A stretch of DNA of 64,000 nucleotides from Candidatus Aminicenantes bacterium. Lineage in GTDB: Bacteria; Acidobacteriota; Aminicenantia; Aminicenantales; UBA4085. The stretch lies in NCBI GenBank assembly GCA_030691735.1, contig JAUYDS010000117.1:17280-81279 (forward strand), in the 5' to 3' direction. The position numbers and the translations under genes were made by a program. Positions 50,563 through 59,641 of this stretch are shown here, piece after piece. Under the pieces are notes generated by a model, which saw nothing but the letters and a program-made list of their open reading frames with translations, did not search any database and was not told the origin of the DNA. Each line of letters opens with the position of its first letter. The stretch's first letter is position 1.

Positions 50563-50955
50563 TTATTCCGGAACGAACTTGTAGCCGTAATAGATGACGC
50601 CGGCCTCGCCTTCCTCGGATAACTTGCGGAATTCGAGCCGGACCCGCAGCCCGACCTTGAGGGCGGCGAAGTCGCAGTCCACGACCTGGGCTGTGAGCTT
50701 GACTCCGTCCTCGAGCTCGGCGATCCCGACGGCGTAGGGCGCCTGGTCCTCGAAGGGATCGGGCGGGACGCGGATGATGGTGAAGGTCAGAAGCTTGCCG
50801 GTCTCGGCCAGCTTTGTCTTGGCGAACTTACGGTTCCCGCACTGCGGGCAGACGAGACGGGGGGGGAAGGCGATAGTGCCGCACTTCGTGCACTTCTCGG
50901 CTTCTAACCTGTATCTCTGGGGATATTCACGCCAGGCTCTGGCTGGATTCGGCAT
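50563..50955 (-). CDS. DUF35 zinc-ribbon/OB-fold scaffold protein
   Basis: WR....RY.L, CxxC..FPPR..CPxC, PY.V...EL, YGYKF. Confidence 0.92.
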   Translation of the reverse strand: MPNPARAWREYPQRYRLEAEKCTKCGTIAFPPRLVCPQCGNRKFAKTKLAETGKLLTFTIIRVPPDPFEDQAPYAVGIAELEDGVKLTAQVVDCDFAALKVGLRVRLEFRKLSEEGEAGVIYYGYKFVPE

Positions 50956-50966
50956 CGTCTTCTCCT

Positions 50967-52121
50967 TTACTCCGCCTCAAAAACGTGGACGACGGAGCTG
51001 CCCCCCGTGCCGCCCATGTTCTGGGTCAGGCCGCGCTTCGCGCCCTTGACCTGCCGCTCGGCCGCTTCGCCGCGGAGCTGTTTGACGACCTCCACGGCCT
51101 GGGCCACGCCGGTCGCGCCGACGGGATGGCCCTTGGCTTTGAGTCCGCCGCTGGGGTTGACGGGGAATTTCCCTTTGAGAGAGGTCAATCCTTCCTCAAC
51201 GGCCCTGCCGCCGCGGCCTTTTTCGACGATCCCCAGCGCTTCGGTGACCATGATCTCGGCGATGGTGAAGCAGTCGTGGACCTCGAACAGGTCGATGTCG
51301 CCGATCTTCCGGCCGGCCATCGCCAGCGCTTTCTGCCCGGCGAGGTGCGTCGATTCGATCCAGGTCATGTCCTTCCGCGAGCTTAGGGCGATCGTGTCCG
51401 TAGCCAGTCCGCTGCCCGTGATCCGGATGACCGGTTTTTTCATTTTTTTAGCCATGTCGGCGGAGCAGAGAACCACGGCCGCCGCTCCGTCGGTGATGGG
51501 CGAACAATCGAGGATCCGGAGCGGATCGGCCACGAGGACGGACTGGAGAACCCCGTCGACCGTGATCTTGAACGGATATTGGGCCAGGGGGTTCTTCGAC
51601 CCGTTGTCGTGGTTCTTGACGGCGACCAGGGCCAGCTGCTCGCGCGTCGTGCCGTACTTGTGCATGTGGGCGACGGCCATCATCGCGTAAAGCCCTGGGA
51701 AGGTCAGGCCGTGGAAGCCTTCGTACTCCTGGTCGGCGGCCGTGCCCAGGGCGAAGGTCGCCTCACAGCCCGTCACGTCCGTCATCTTCTCCACGCCGCC
51801 GACGAGGACGACGTCGCTCATCCCCGAGGCGACCTCGATGAATCCCTGGCGGAGGGCCAGGCCGCCCGACGCACAGGCGGACTCGACCCGCGCCGCCGGG
51901 ACGGGGTTCTTGCCCAGATAATCGGAAAGGAGCGAGGTCAGGTGTTCCTGGCCGACGAACAAGCCCGACGACATGCATCCGACGACCATGGAGTCGATCT
52001 TGTCCACGCCGGCGTCGTCCAGGGCCAGGAGGGCCGACTCGACGAATATCGTCCGGAGCGATTTCGTCCAGAGCTCGCCCCACTTGGTCATGCCGATCCC
52101 GATCACAGCTACGTCTCTCAT
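50967..52121 (-). CDS. Acetoacetyl-CoA thiolase, archaeal/SCP2 type
   Basis: [55 protein letters not shown]. Confidence 0.92.
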   Translation of the reverse strand: MRDVAVIGIGMTKWGELWTKSLRTIFVESALLALDDAGVDKIDSMVVGCMSSGLFVGQEHLTSLLSDYLGKNPVPAARVESACASGGLALRQGFIEVASGMSDVVLVGGVEKMTDVTGCEATFALGTAADQEYEGFHGLTFPGLYAMMAVAHMHKYGTTREQLALVAVKNHDNGSKNPLAQYPFKITVDGVLQSVLVADPLRILDCSPITDGAAAVVLCSADMAKKMKKPVIRITGSGLATDTIALSSRKDMTWIESTHLAGQKALAMAGRKIGDIDLFEVHDCFTIAEIMVTEALGIVEKGRGGRAVEEGLTSLKGKFPVNPSGGLKAKGHPVGATGVAQAVEVVKQLRGEAAERQVKGAKRGLTQNMGGTGGSSVVHVFEAE

Positions 52122-52130
52122 GGCCGACTC

Positions 52131-53177
52131 CTATTTCGCCTTCCGGATCTTCCGACGGTACTTGGCGTAGACGCCGTAGTCGAGGTAGGCCTTGTTCTTG
52201 TCCAGCATGTCCCGCGTCCGGGGAGCGAGGTTCCGGACCTCGTCGATCCGTTCCGTGACGCGGAAGATGAAGCCGTCGCTGCCCGCTCCCGACCCGTAGG
52301 AGACGAGAAGGATCATGTCGCCCGCCTTGGCGATATCGAGGGTCGCCGTCAATCCGAGAGGCGAGGACCCCGAGTAGGTGTTGCCCAGCTTCGGGACGAG
52401 CCAGCCCGGATCGATCTGTTTGCGGGAGAACCCTAGGATCTCCCCGGCGCGCAGGGGGAACTTGCCGTTGGGCTGGTGGAAGATAACATACTGGAAGTCC
52501 GCGGGCTTCATGCCCGCTTTGGCCATGATCCCCCGGGCGGCGCCCAAAATGTGGGTGAAATAGGCGGGGTCGCCGGTGAACCGGCCGCCGTGCTGGGGAT
52601 AATATTGATACTCTCGGCGCCAGAAATCCGGCGTATCGGTCGTGTACGAATACGTGTGAAGGATCTCCGCGATGAGCTTGTCCTGGCCGAAGATGAAGGC
52701 CGCCGCTCCGGCAGCGGCGGAGTATTCGAGGGCGTCGCCGGGAGCTCCCTGGGACGTGTCCGCTCCTACGGCCAGGCCGTATTTGACCGCGGCCGCCTGG
52801 ACGAGGCTGAGGGCGATGAACATGCCCTCCGTTCCGGCCTTGCAGGCGAATTCGAGGTCGGCCGTATGGACCTCGGGGGTGGCGTTGAGCGCTTCGGCCA
52901 GGACCGTCCCGCTCGGCTTCACGGCGTAGGGATGCGATTCCGAGCCGACATAAATGGCGCCGATCTCTCTCGGGTCGATACCGGCTCTGCGCAGGGCGTT
53001 CTTCGACGCCTCGACCGACATCGTGATCGTGTCCTGGTCGGGCGAGGGGACAGACTTCTCCTCGAGCATGAGCCCTTTCTTATAGCTCGGGGCGTCCGCG
53101 CCCCAGACCTTGGCGATCTCCTCGACTTTGATCCGGTTCCGCGGGATGTAGGCCCCGTAGCCGACGATTCCAGCCAT
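52131..53177 (-). CDS. Hydroxymethylglutaryl-CoA synthase, archaeal type
   Basis: GIVGYGAYIP..RI, VGSESHPYAVKP (Glu), LEFACKAGT (Cys), DTPDFWRR, FHQPNGKFP (His), GNTYSG, SYGSGAGSD. Confidence 0.92.
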   Translation of the reverse strand: MAGIVGYGAYIPRNRIKVEEIAKVWGADAPSYKKGLMLEEKSVPSPDQDTITMSVEASKNALRRAGIDPREIGAIYVGSESHPYAVKPSGTVLAEALNATPEVHTADLEFACKAGTEGMFIALSLVQAAAVKYGLAVGADTSQGAPGDALEYSAAAGAAAFIFGQDKLIAEILHTYSYTTDTPDFWRREYQYYPQHGGRFTGDPAYFTHILGAARGIMAKAGMKPADFQYVIFHQPNGKFPLRAGEILGFSRKQIDPGWLVPKLGNTYSGSSPLGLTATLDIAKAGDMILLVSYGSGAGSDGFIFRVTERIDEVRNLAPRTRDMLDKNKAYLDYGVYAKYRRKIRKAK

Positions 53178-53340
53178 GGCTCCAGCCTCCTTTCGATGCG
53201 GACGGAAATAGCAGCGCCTGTTTAACGAATCAAGAACGCGACACGCGTAAATGGATCATCGCTGCTGTTAATTCAATAGCGGAATTATCCTTCCATATTC
53301 AGCCGGTGAAGTCAAGAAGGGCTCGAACCGATGGCCGGTG

Positions 53341-53390
53341 AATTCGCAGACACATACCGAATTCAATAATTCGGTATGCGTCTGCGAATT
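53341..53390. repeat. Repeat family C full hairpin in a divergent promoter region
   Basis: AATTCGCAGACACATACCGAATT-caat-AATTCGGTATGCGTCTGCGAATT (23-bp arms, 1 mismatch), followed by extended -10 TGGTATAAT at 53396-53404. Confidence 0.85.
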
Positions 53391-53435
53391 TCCAGTGGTA
53401 TAATACGCCTTCCAAGACGAACAAGGAGGAGAGGG

Positions 53436-54677
53436 ATGGCAGATGGATTGACGGTCGACGGTTCGCTCGGTCGACGGTTCCTGACCTTCATCGCCGGGGC
53501 GGGTATGGCCGCGGCTTCGCTCCTGACGATCCAGCATTTTTACAACGCGAATTTCCCCGCCTCGATCTATAACGGCTCGTTCTGCGACATCAACACCTTT
53601 TTCAACTGCAACAGCTCGGCCTTTTCCAAGATCGCCCATATCCAGGGCGTGCCGATGGGCTGGCCCGGATTGTTCCTCGGCCTCCTCGTCTGCCTGGGGG
53701 CGCTGTTCCCGTCGAAGGCGTTCGAGAAGACGCTCAAGGCCCTCACCCTCCTCAATGCGCTCGGGGTCATCGCCCTCTTCGTCTATTCCGTCTTCTTCTT
53801 GAAAAGCCTCTGCCTCCTCTGCACGGGCTATTACCTCTTCTCGTTCTTCGCTTTCTTCCTCTTCTGGCGCCGTGGACTGAAAGGGTTCCCTCTCCCGTCC
53901 TTCAAGCAGATCGTTGTCTTCGCCGTCCTCTTCCTCGCCGGGGCCTACGGCTTTCATCTCTATTACAAGGCCGAACAGGACGCCCAGCTCGGCGGGGTCG
54001 CGGCGCGCGTGGTCAAGGAATACTACAGCCTGGAGAAAGCCCCCAATCCGAGCTTCATCTCACCTTTCATGATCGCCCAGTCCACCGACCGGTTCGAGGA
54101 CGCCCCCATCCGGGTGATCGAGTACGCGGACTTCCTCTGCCCCGACTGCCTCTTCATGTACGAGCAGCTCAACCGTCTGAAAACGGAGTTCGCCGGCAAG
54201 ATCAATATCGCCTTCCAGTTCTTCCCCCTCGACAAATGCAACGAGGTCGTCGCCCAGAAGTCGAACCGGCATCCGGGCGCCTGCGACCTTTCTTATATCG
54301 CAGCCCATGATCCGGCTAAGTTCGCCTCGATCTACGATGAGATCTTCACCCATTTCCAGGAGGCCAAGGATCCCCAGTGGCGGGCGGACCTGGCCAAGAA
54401 ATACGGCGTCGAGGCGGCCCTGACCGATCCCAACACGAAGGACCTCGTCCAGAGGATCATGGCCACCGGCGCCGAATATGAAAAGACGTCGGACCAGTTC
54501 GCCCACGGCATCCGCTCCACACCGACGCTCATCGTCAACAACCGGATGATCATCGGGACTCTACCGTATCCGCAGCTCAAGGCCATCTTCGAATCGCTCG
54601 CGGCCGAGGGAGCCAAGACCGGCGACAAGCGCTTCCTCGAGAATTGGGTCGAATTTCAGCCGCCGAAAAAGAAATAG
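53436..54677 (+). CDS. VKOR-family membrane oxidoreductase fused to a DsbA/thioredoxin domain
   Basis: Loop Cys pair CDINTFFNC, TM CLLC, then EYADFLCPDC, FFPL and GIRSTPT; ATG 53436 after AGGAGG. Confidence 0.88.
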   Translation: MADGLTVDGSLGRRFLTFIAGAGMAAASLLTIQHFYNANFPASIYNGSFCDINTFFNCNSSAFSKIAHIQGVPMGWPGLFLGLLVCLGALFPSKAFEKTLKALTLLNALGVIALFVYSVFFLKSLCLLCTGYYLFSFFAFFLFWRRGLKGFPLPSFKQIVVFAVLFLAGAYGFHLYYKAEQDAQLGGVAARVVKEYYSLEKAPNPSFISPFMIAQSTDRFEDAPIRVIEYADFLCPDCLFMYEQLNRLKTEFAGKINIAFQFFPLDKCNEVVAQKSNRHPGACDLSYIAAHDPAKFASIYDEIFTHFQEAKDPQWRADLAKKYGVEAALTDPNTKDLVQRIMATGAEYEKTSDQFAHGIRSTPTLIVNNRMIIGTLPYPQLKAIFESLAAEGAKTGDKRFLENWVEFQPPKKK

Positions 54678-54723
54678 GCCCAGCGACCCCCAATCGTTTC
54701 AATATGAGATAAGGAGGGACTAT

Positions 54724-56028
54724 ATGAAGAAGCGGACGCTGTTCTTCGTTTCGCTGCTCATCCTCGGAGGATGGATCCTGCCTGTATCGGTCTATCCCCA
54801 GGCGGGCGGGAGCAGCGTCGCCGACATGAAAAAAACCGCCCCCAAGGTCTATATCGACTGCGAACACTGCGACCAGGACTACATCCGGACCGAGATCCCC
54901 TTCGTCAACTACGTCCGGGACCGGAAGGAAGCGGACGTCCACGTCCTGATCACCACCCAGGATACCGGCAGCGGCGGGACGGAATACACGCTGGCCTTCA
55001 TCGGGCAGGGAGGCTTCGCGAATATCAACAGCACTCTCATCTACGCCTCCAGCAAGACCGACACCGAAGAGGAGGTCCGCCGGGGATACGTCGCGGTCCT
55101 GAAGATGGGGCTGATGCCGTACGCGGCGAGGACCCCCATCCGTGATCTCATCTCCGTCGAGTTCAAGGAAAAGGTCAAGCCGACGGACGTGGTCGATCCT
55201 TGGAAATTCTGGGTCTTCAGCATGAGCGTCGGCGGCGATCTCGAGCGGGAATCCCAGACCAAATCCCAGGCCGTCGATTTCAGGCTCTCGACCAACAAGA
55301 TCACCCCGGACATCAAGCTCCGGCTGGGGTTCTTGGCGCGCTACGAGAGCGATGAGTTCAAATACGAGGAGGAGGGGATCACCGAGACGATCACCAGCCA
55401 CTCGGACGCCGTGGACTTCGCCGGGCTGTTCGTGAAAAGCCTCAGCGAGCACTGGTCGGCCGGGATCTATCTAGGAGTGAGCTCCTCCACCTTCAGCAAC
55501 CTCCGGTATAAGATCAATCCGGCCCTGGCCGTCGAATTCGACCTCTTCCCGTATTCGGAATCGACCCGTCGCCAACTGCGTTTTCTGTACAAAGGCGGCT
55601 ATGATTTCGTCAAATATCGGGAGATGACGATCTACGACAAGACCAAAGAGAGCCTCCTCAGCCAGTCCCTCTCGGCCACTCTGGAGATCAAGGAGCCCTG
55701 GGGAACGCTCTCTTCGTCGCTCGAGGGATCCCATTATTTTCACGATTTCACCACCAACAGGCTGGCCTTCTTCACCGAGCTGTCCTTCCGTATCTTCAAA
55801 GGCCTGGATTTCAATATCGATGGGATGTATGAACGCGTCCGGGATCAACTCTCCCTACCGGCCAGCGGCGCCAGCCGCGAAGAGATCCTCCTGCGGCGGA
55901 GAGAGCTGCGCACGGATTACAACCTGTTCCTCTCCGTCAACCTGAGTTATACGTTCGGTTCGATCTTCAGCAACGTCGTCAACCCGCGGTTCGGGAACCT
56001 GGGCATTCTCGGACATGACTGGGATTGA
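54724..56028 (+). CDS. Exported protein, probable outer-membrane beta-barrel of unknown function
   Basis: Signal peptide, VYIDCEHCD, alternating beta-strand pattern, SYTFGS near the C-terminus; GGAGG SD. Confidence 0.7.
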   Translation: MKKRTLFFVSLLILGGWILPVSVYPQAGGSSVADMKKTAPKVYIDCEHCDQDYIRTEIPFVNYVRDRKEADVHVLITTQDTGSGGTEYTLAFIGQGGFANINSTLIYASSKTDTEEEVRRGYVAVLKMGLMPYAARTPIRDLISVEFKEKVKPTDVVDPWKFWVFSMSVGGDLERESQTKSQAVDFRLSTNKITPDIKLRLGFLARYESDEFKYEEEGITETITSHSDAVDFAGLFVKSLSEHWSAGIYLGVSSSTFSNLRYKINPALAVEFDLFPYSESTRRQLRFLYKGGYDFVKYREMTIYDKTKESLLSQSLSATLEIKEPWGTLSSSLEGSHYFHDFTTNRLAFFTELSFRIFKGLDFNIDGMYERVRDQLSLPASGASREEILLRRRELRTDYNLFLSVNLSYTFGSIFSNVVNPRFGNLGILGHDWD

Positions 56029-56046
56029 GAAAGCGGGAGACCGGAT

Positions 56047-56757
56047 TCAGGACGCGTCCCTGAGGTGCATCGACATCTCGTAATCGACCATCATCTCGTC
56101 GAACATCTCGGGCCGCGTCTCTTTGAGCTCGATGGCGTAATCCAGAAAGAGCTTGATCCCGTCGGTCAGGATCTTGCGGGTCTTGGCCATCAGATCGTCC
56201 CTCTTTTCGGCCTCGAGGATGAAGAGCTTCCGGGAATTCCTCTCTTTGAACAGCTTGACGTCATAGATGAAGTGGAGGATGGCGATCATATCCAGGAAGA
56301 TGTTGTCGAAGTTGTAAGTGATCGCCCGCTCCTTGAATTGGTGCCAGACGCGCTCGGCCCGGACGTACTCGTCGATGACCGGCTCCATGGCCTCAAGGGA
56401 GGCGTATTCGATCGTCTCCGCCCGGCGCCGCATGTCCCGGAGCTCCTCCAAGGTCGCGTTGCGGATCATCCCCATCGTCACCGGGGGGGATTTGAGGGCG
56501 GCGAAATCGGCGATGAAGAGGCTTCGCATCTCCGAGCGGAACATGTAGCTTTTGATATACATCAGCTGCCGCCGCTTTTCCTTGATCTCGCGGCTCTCGA
56601 GGAACTTCTCGACGATGAAAACCGCCACTAGGATTTCGAGGGGGATGGCGGCCACGTGCCAGAGGAACTCCCAGTGGGTCCACTGTTCGATGAGGAGAAA
56701 AACGAGGGCCGTGCCGATGAGCCCGATATAGAACCAGATGTGTTTGGCGAACTTCAT
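56047..56757 (-). CDS. Hypothetical membrane-anchored protein
   Basis: Two N-terminal hydrophobic helices then a charged helical domain; fills the gap between genes; no recognised family. Confidence 0.7.
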   Translation of the reverse strand: MKFAKHIWFYIGLIGTALVFLLIEQWTHWEFLWHVAAIPLEILVAVFIVEKFLESREIKEKRRQLMYIKSYMFRSEMRSLFIADFAALKSPPVTMGMIRNATLEELRDMRRRAETIEYASLEAMEPVIDEYVRAERVWHQFKERAITYNFDNIFLDMIAILHFIYDVKLFKERNSRKLFILEAEKRDDLMAKTRKILTDGIKLFLDYAIELKETRPEMFDEMMVDYEMSMHLRDAS

Positions 56758-56849
56758 GGAGGGTCCGTCCTTGCCGACGTCTGGTGGTCCATGCTTTTCG
56801 GTCGCTAGATTATATCAGGGGGATGGCCGTGTCAATCGGGTGGGTTGAG

Positions 56850-59558
56850 TCAGGACAGACACTTCTTCAAGAATTTCGCGGTGAAGGACGTCCGCGACCG
56901 GGCGATCTCTTCCGGCGTTCCCTGGGCGACGATGTCGCCTCCCCCCTCGCCGCCCTCCGGCCCGAGATCGAGGATGTAATCCGCGCACTTGATGACGTCC
57001 AGGTTGTGCTCGATGACGATGACGGAGTGTCCGGCGTCGACCAGCGTTTGGAAACAGCGCAGCAGCGTCGAGACGTCGTCCATGTGGAGACCGATCGTCG
57101 GCTCGTCGAACAGATACAGGATGTGCCGGTCCCGTTCATGGACGAGATGATAGGCGAGCTTGATGCGCTGCAGCTCCCCGCCCGAGAGGGTCGTCGTCGG
57201 CTGCCCCAAGCGCAGGTATCCCAGGCCCACATCTTGCAGCGGCTGGATCCTCTTGGTGATGTCCGGTCGGTCGGCGAAAAATTGGAGCGCGTCATCGATT
57301 GTCAGGTGAAGGACGTCGTCGATGGTCCGGCCCTTGTAGCGGATGTCCAAGATCTCTTTCTTGAACCGCTTCCCCCCGCACGTTTCACAGGTCAGGGTGA
57401 CGTCGGACAGGAACTGCATCTCGACGATCTGCTGGCCGGCGCCCTGGCAGTCCTCGCACCGCCCTCCAGCGGTGTTGAACGAGAAAAAGCCCGGCCGATA
57501 GCCCAAGGCCTTCGCCTCGCGCGTCTGGCTGAAGAGGACGCGGATGCCGTCCATGGCCTTGGTGTAGGTGGCCGGAATGGAGCGCGGCGAGGTGGAGATC
57601 GGCGACTGGTCGACCATGACGATCTTGTCGACGAAATCCAGGCCCCGGATGTCGTGGAAGCCCTCCGTCGTCTCTCCCGTCCATCCTTTGTAGAGGACGT
57701 CGTGGAGGAGGGTGCTCTTGCCCGAGCCCGAGACGCCGGTGATGCAGGTGAACACGCCCAGCGGCAGACGCACGTCCAGATGCCGCAGGTTGTGGGTGTG
57801 GGCGTCCTTGATGAGGAGGAACGCGGCCGCGTCGCGCCTCCGCTTCGGGACGGGGATCTCCTTTTCGCCCCGGATATAGCGCGCCGTCAGGGATGTCGGG
57901 CTCTGGAGGAACGCTTCGGCCGGGCCGTCGAACATGATCTCCCCGCCGTGCTCGCCCGCCCGCGGCCCGAGGTCGATGAGGTGGTCGGCGGAGCGGATGA
58001 TCTCCGGGTCGTGCTCGACGACCATGACCGTATTGCCGATCTCCTTCAGGGACTTGAGGATCTGGATCAGGCGCCGGTTGTCGCGGGGATGAAGGCCGAT
58101 CGAGGGCTCGTCGAGGACGAAGAGGGTCCCGACGAGCGATGAGCTCAGGGCCGCGGCCAGGTTGATCCGCTGGGCTTCCCCGCCGCTCAAGGTGAAGGTC
58201 ATCCGGTCGAGCGAGATGTAGTCGAGCCCGACCTCGAGCAGAAATTTCAGGCGATTCTGGATCTCGGCGACGAGCTTGTCGGCGACTTGCTTCTGGAAGG
58301 GAGGAAGCTCGAGTTTCCGGAAGAATTCGTGGCCGTCCTTGACCGTAAGGCGGACGATGTCGCCGATCGACAGCCCGTCCACCTTCACGCTCAGGGCCAG
58401 GGGATTGAGGCGGCGTTGGCCGCAGGTCGGGCAGGCGATGAACTTCCGGTAACGGCTAAGGAAGACGCGGACCTGAACCTTGTATTTTTTCGTCTGGAGC
58501 CAGTCGAAGAAACCCTTGACGCCCATCCAGCCGTCGCCGCCGTCAAGGATGAAGCGCTGCCACTCTTTCTTGAGGTTCTTGAAGGGGACGTCGATCGGGA
58601 TGCGCCGCTTCCGCGCCTCGCGCAGCATCTCGCGCATCGTGCCGCGCGAAACGGGTTTGGTCCAAGGCTCGATCGCGCCGTCCTTGAGCGAGCGGGACTT
58701 GTCGGGAACGATCTTGTCCTCGTCGAGAACGGCCAGGTCGCCGAAGCCGTGGCAGTCGGGGCAGGCGCCCTGCGGGCTGTTGAAGGAAAAGAGATTGGGG
58801 AACGGGTCCTCGTAAGGGATCCGGCAGGTCTTGCACTCGAGCTTGTCCGAGAAGACGAACTCGCGGCCGTCCTCGGTCCGGACCTTGACCCGGCCTTGGC
58901 CGTGCTTGAGCCCGGCCTCGAGCGAGTCGACGAGGCGCTCGCGGTCCGCCGGATCGAGAGCGAGGCGGTCGACGAAGATATCGAGTGTTTCGTCCTTTTT
59001 GGCCCGGAGGCCGTTGATTTCGACGACCTCCCCGTCGCGGACGGCCCGGTAATAGCCGAGCTTCTTGAGGCGGGCCAGGCCTCCGTCCGCCGGCCAGGCG
59101 AACGAGATCAGGACCTTCGTCCCGGCGGGATGGGCGGTGAGTGTCTCGGCGATGGAATCGATCGTGTCGCGGACGACGGGACGGCCGCACTGGAGGCAGT
59201 GAACGACGCCGATCCGGGCGAAGAGGACGCGGAGGTAATCGTAAGTCTCGGTGACCGTGGCGACCGTGGAGCGCGGGTTCTTGGTCGCCGCCTTCCGTTG
59301 GATGGCGATGGCCGGGGTGATGCCTTCGATCAGGTCGGCGTCCGGCTTATCCATCCGTTCCAGGAACTGGCGGGCGTAGGCCGAGAGGGATTCGATGTAG
59401 CGGCGCTGGCCCTCGGCGTAGAGGGTGTCAAACGCCAAAGACGATTTCCCGGAACCGCTGACCCCGGTGACGACGATGAGCTTGTAGAGAGGGATGTTGA
59501 GATCGATGGCCTTCAGGTTGTGGACCCTGACGCCGCGGAGGATGATATGTTCGTCCAT
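56850..59558 (-). CDS. uvrA: Excinuclease ABC subunit A
   Basis: Two GVSGSGKS Walker A motifs, DTLYAEGQRRY, FSFNS..GAC..C, LSGGEAQR/LSGGELQR, DLGP.GG..GG; ATG 59558. Confidence 0.95.
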   Translation of the reverse strand: MDEHIILRGVRVHNLKAIDLNIPLYKLIVVTGVSGSGKSSLAFDTLYAEGQRRYIESLSAYARQFLERMDKPDADLIEGITPAIAIQRKAATKNPRSTVATVTETYDYLRVLFARIGVVHCLQCGRPVVRDTIDSIAETLTAHPAGTKVLISFAWPADGGLARLKKLGYYRAVRDGEVVEINGLRAKKDETLDIFVDRLALDPADRERLVDSLEAGLKHGQGRVKVRTEDGREFVFSDKLECKTCRIPYEDPFPNLFSFNSPQGACPDCHGFGDLAVLDEDKIVPDKSRSLKDGAIEPWTKPVSRGTMREMLREARKRRIPIDVPFKNLKKEWQRFILDGGDGWMGVKGFFDWLQTKKYKVQVRVFLSRYRKFIACPTCGQRRLNPLALSVKVDGLSIGDIVRLTVKDGHEFFRKLELPPFQKQVADKLVAEIQNRLKFLLEVGLDYISLDRMTFTLSGGEAQRINLAAALSSSLVGTLFVLDEPSIGLHPRDNRRLIQILKSLKEIGNTVMVVEHDPEIIRSADHLIDLGPRAGEHGGEIMFDGPAEAFLQSPTSLTARYIRGEKEIPVPKRRRDAAAFLLIKDAHTHNLRHLDVRLPLGVFTCITGVSGSGKSTLLHDVLYKGWTGETTEGFHDIRGLDFVDKIVMVDQSPISTSPRSIPATYTKAMDGIRVLFSQTREAKALGYRPGFFSFNTAGGRCEDCQGAGQQIVEMQFLSDVTLTCETCGGKRFKKEILDIRYKGRTIDDVLHLTIDDALQFFADRPDITKRIQPLQDVGLGYLRLGQPTTTLSGGELQRIKLAYHLVHERDRHILYLFDEPTIGLHMDDVSTLLRCFQTLVDAGHSVIVIEHNLDVIKCADYILDLGPEGGEGGGDIVAQGTPEEIARSRTSFTAKFLKKCLS

Positions 59559-59590
59559 GGTTGTCGTCAAAACGCCATAAGAAACCAAAC

Positions 59591-59620
59591 ATTATAGCAT
59601 AAATCGCTTTTTGCTATAAT
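59591..59620. promoter_or_regulatory. Back-to-back divergent extended -10 elements
   Basis: ATTATAGCA-12 bp-TGCTATAAT gives TGCTATAAT on both strands, facing uvrA and the amidohydrolase operon. Confidence 0.65.
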
Positions 59621-59641
59621 GGACGGAACCGGGAGGCCCTG

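Noticed and set aside
48352-50622. Long antisense ORFs (756 aa here; also 46571-48424, 39407-41212, 12328-13848, 15706-17178, 30415-31863, 181-1410)
   Set aside because: Shadow frames opposite well-identified genes in GC-rich DNA, with no recognisable motifs.
50563-53177. PhlABC-type phloroglucinol acetyltransferase
   Set aside because: The synthase-like subunit keeps the HMG-CoA synthase catalytic Glu/Cys/His, no type III PKS (phlD) is nearby, and neighbours act on HMG-CoA.
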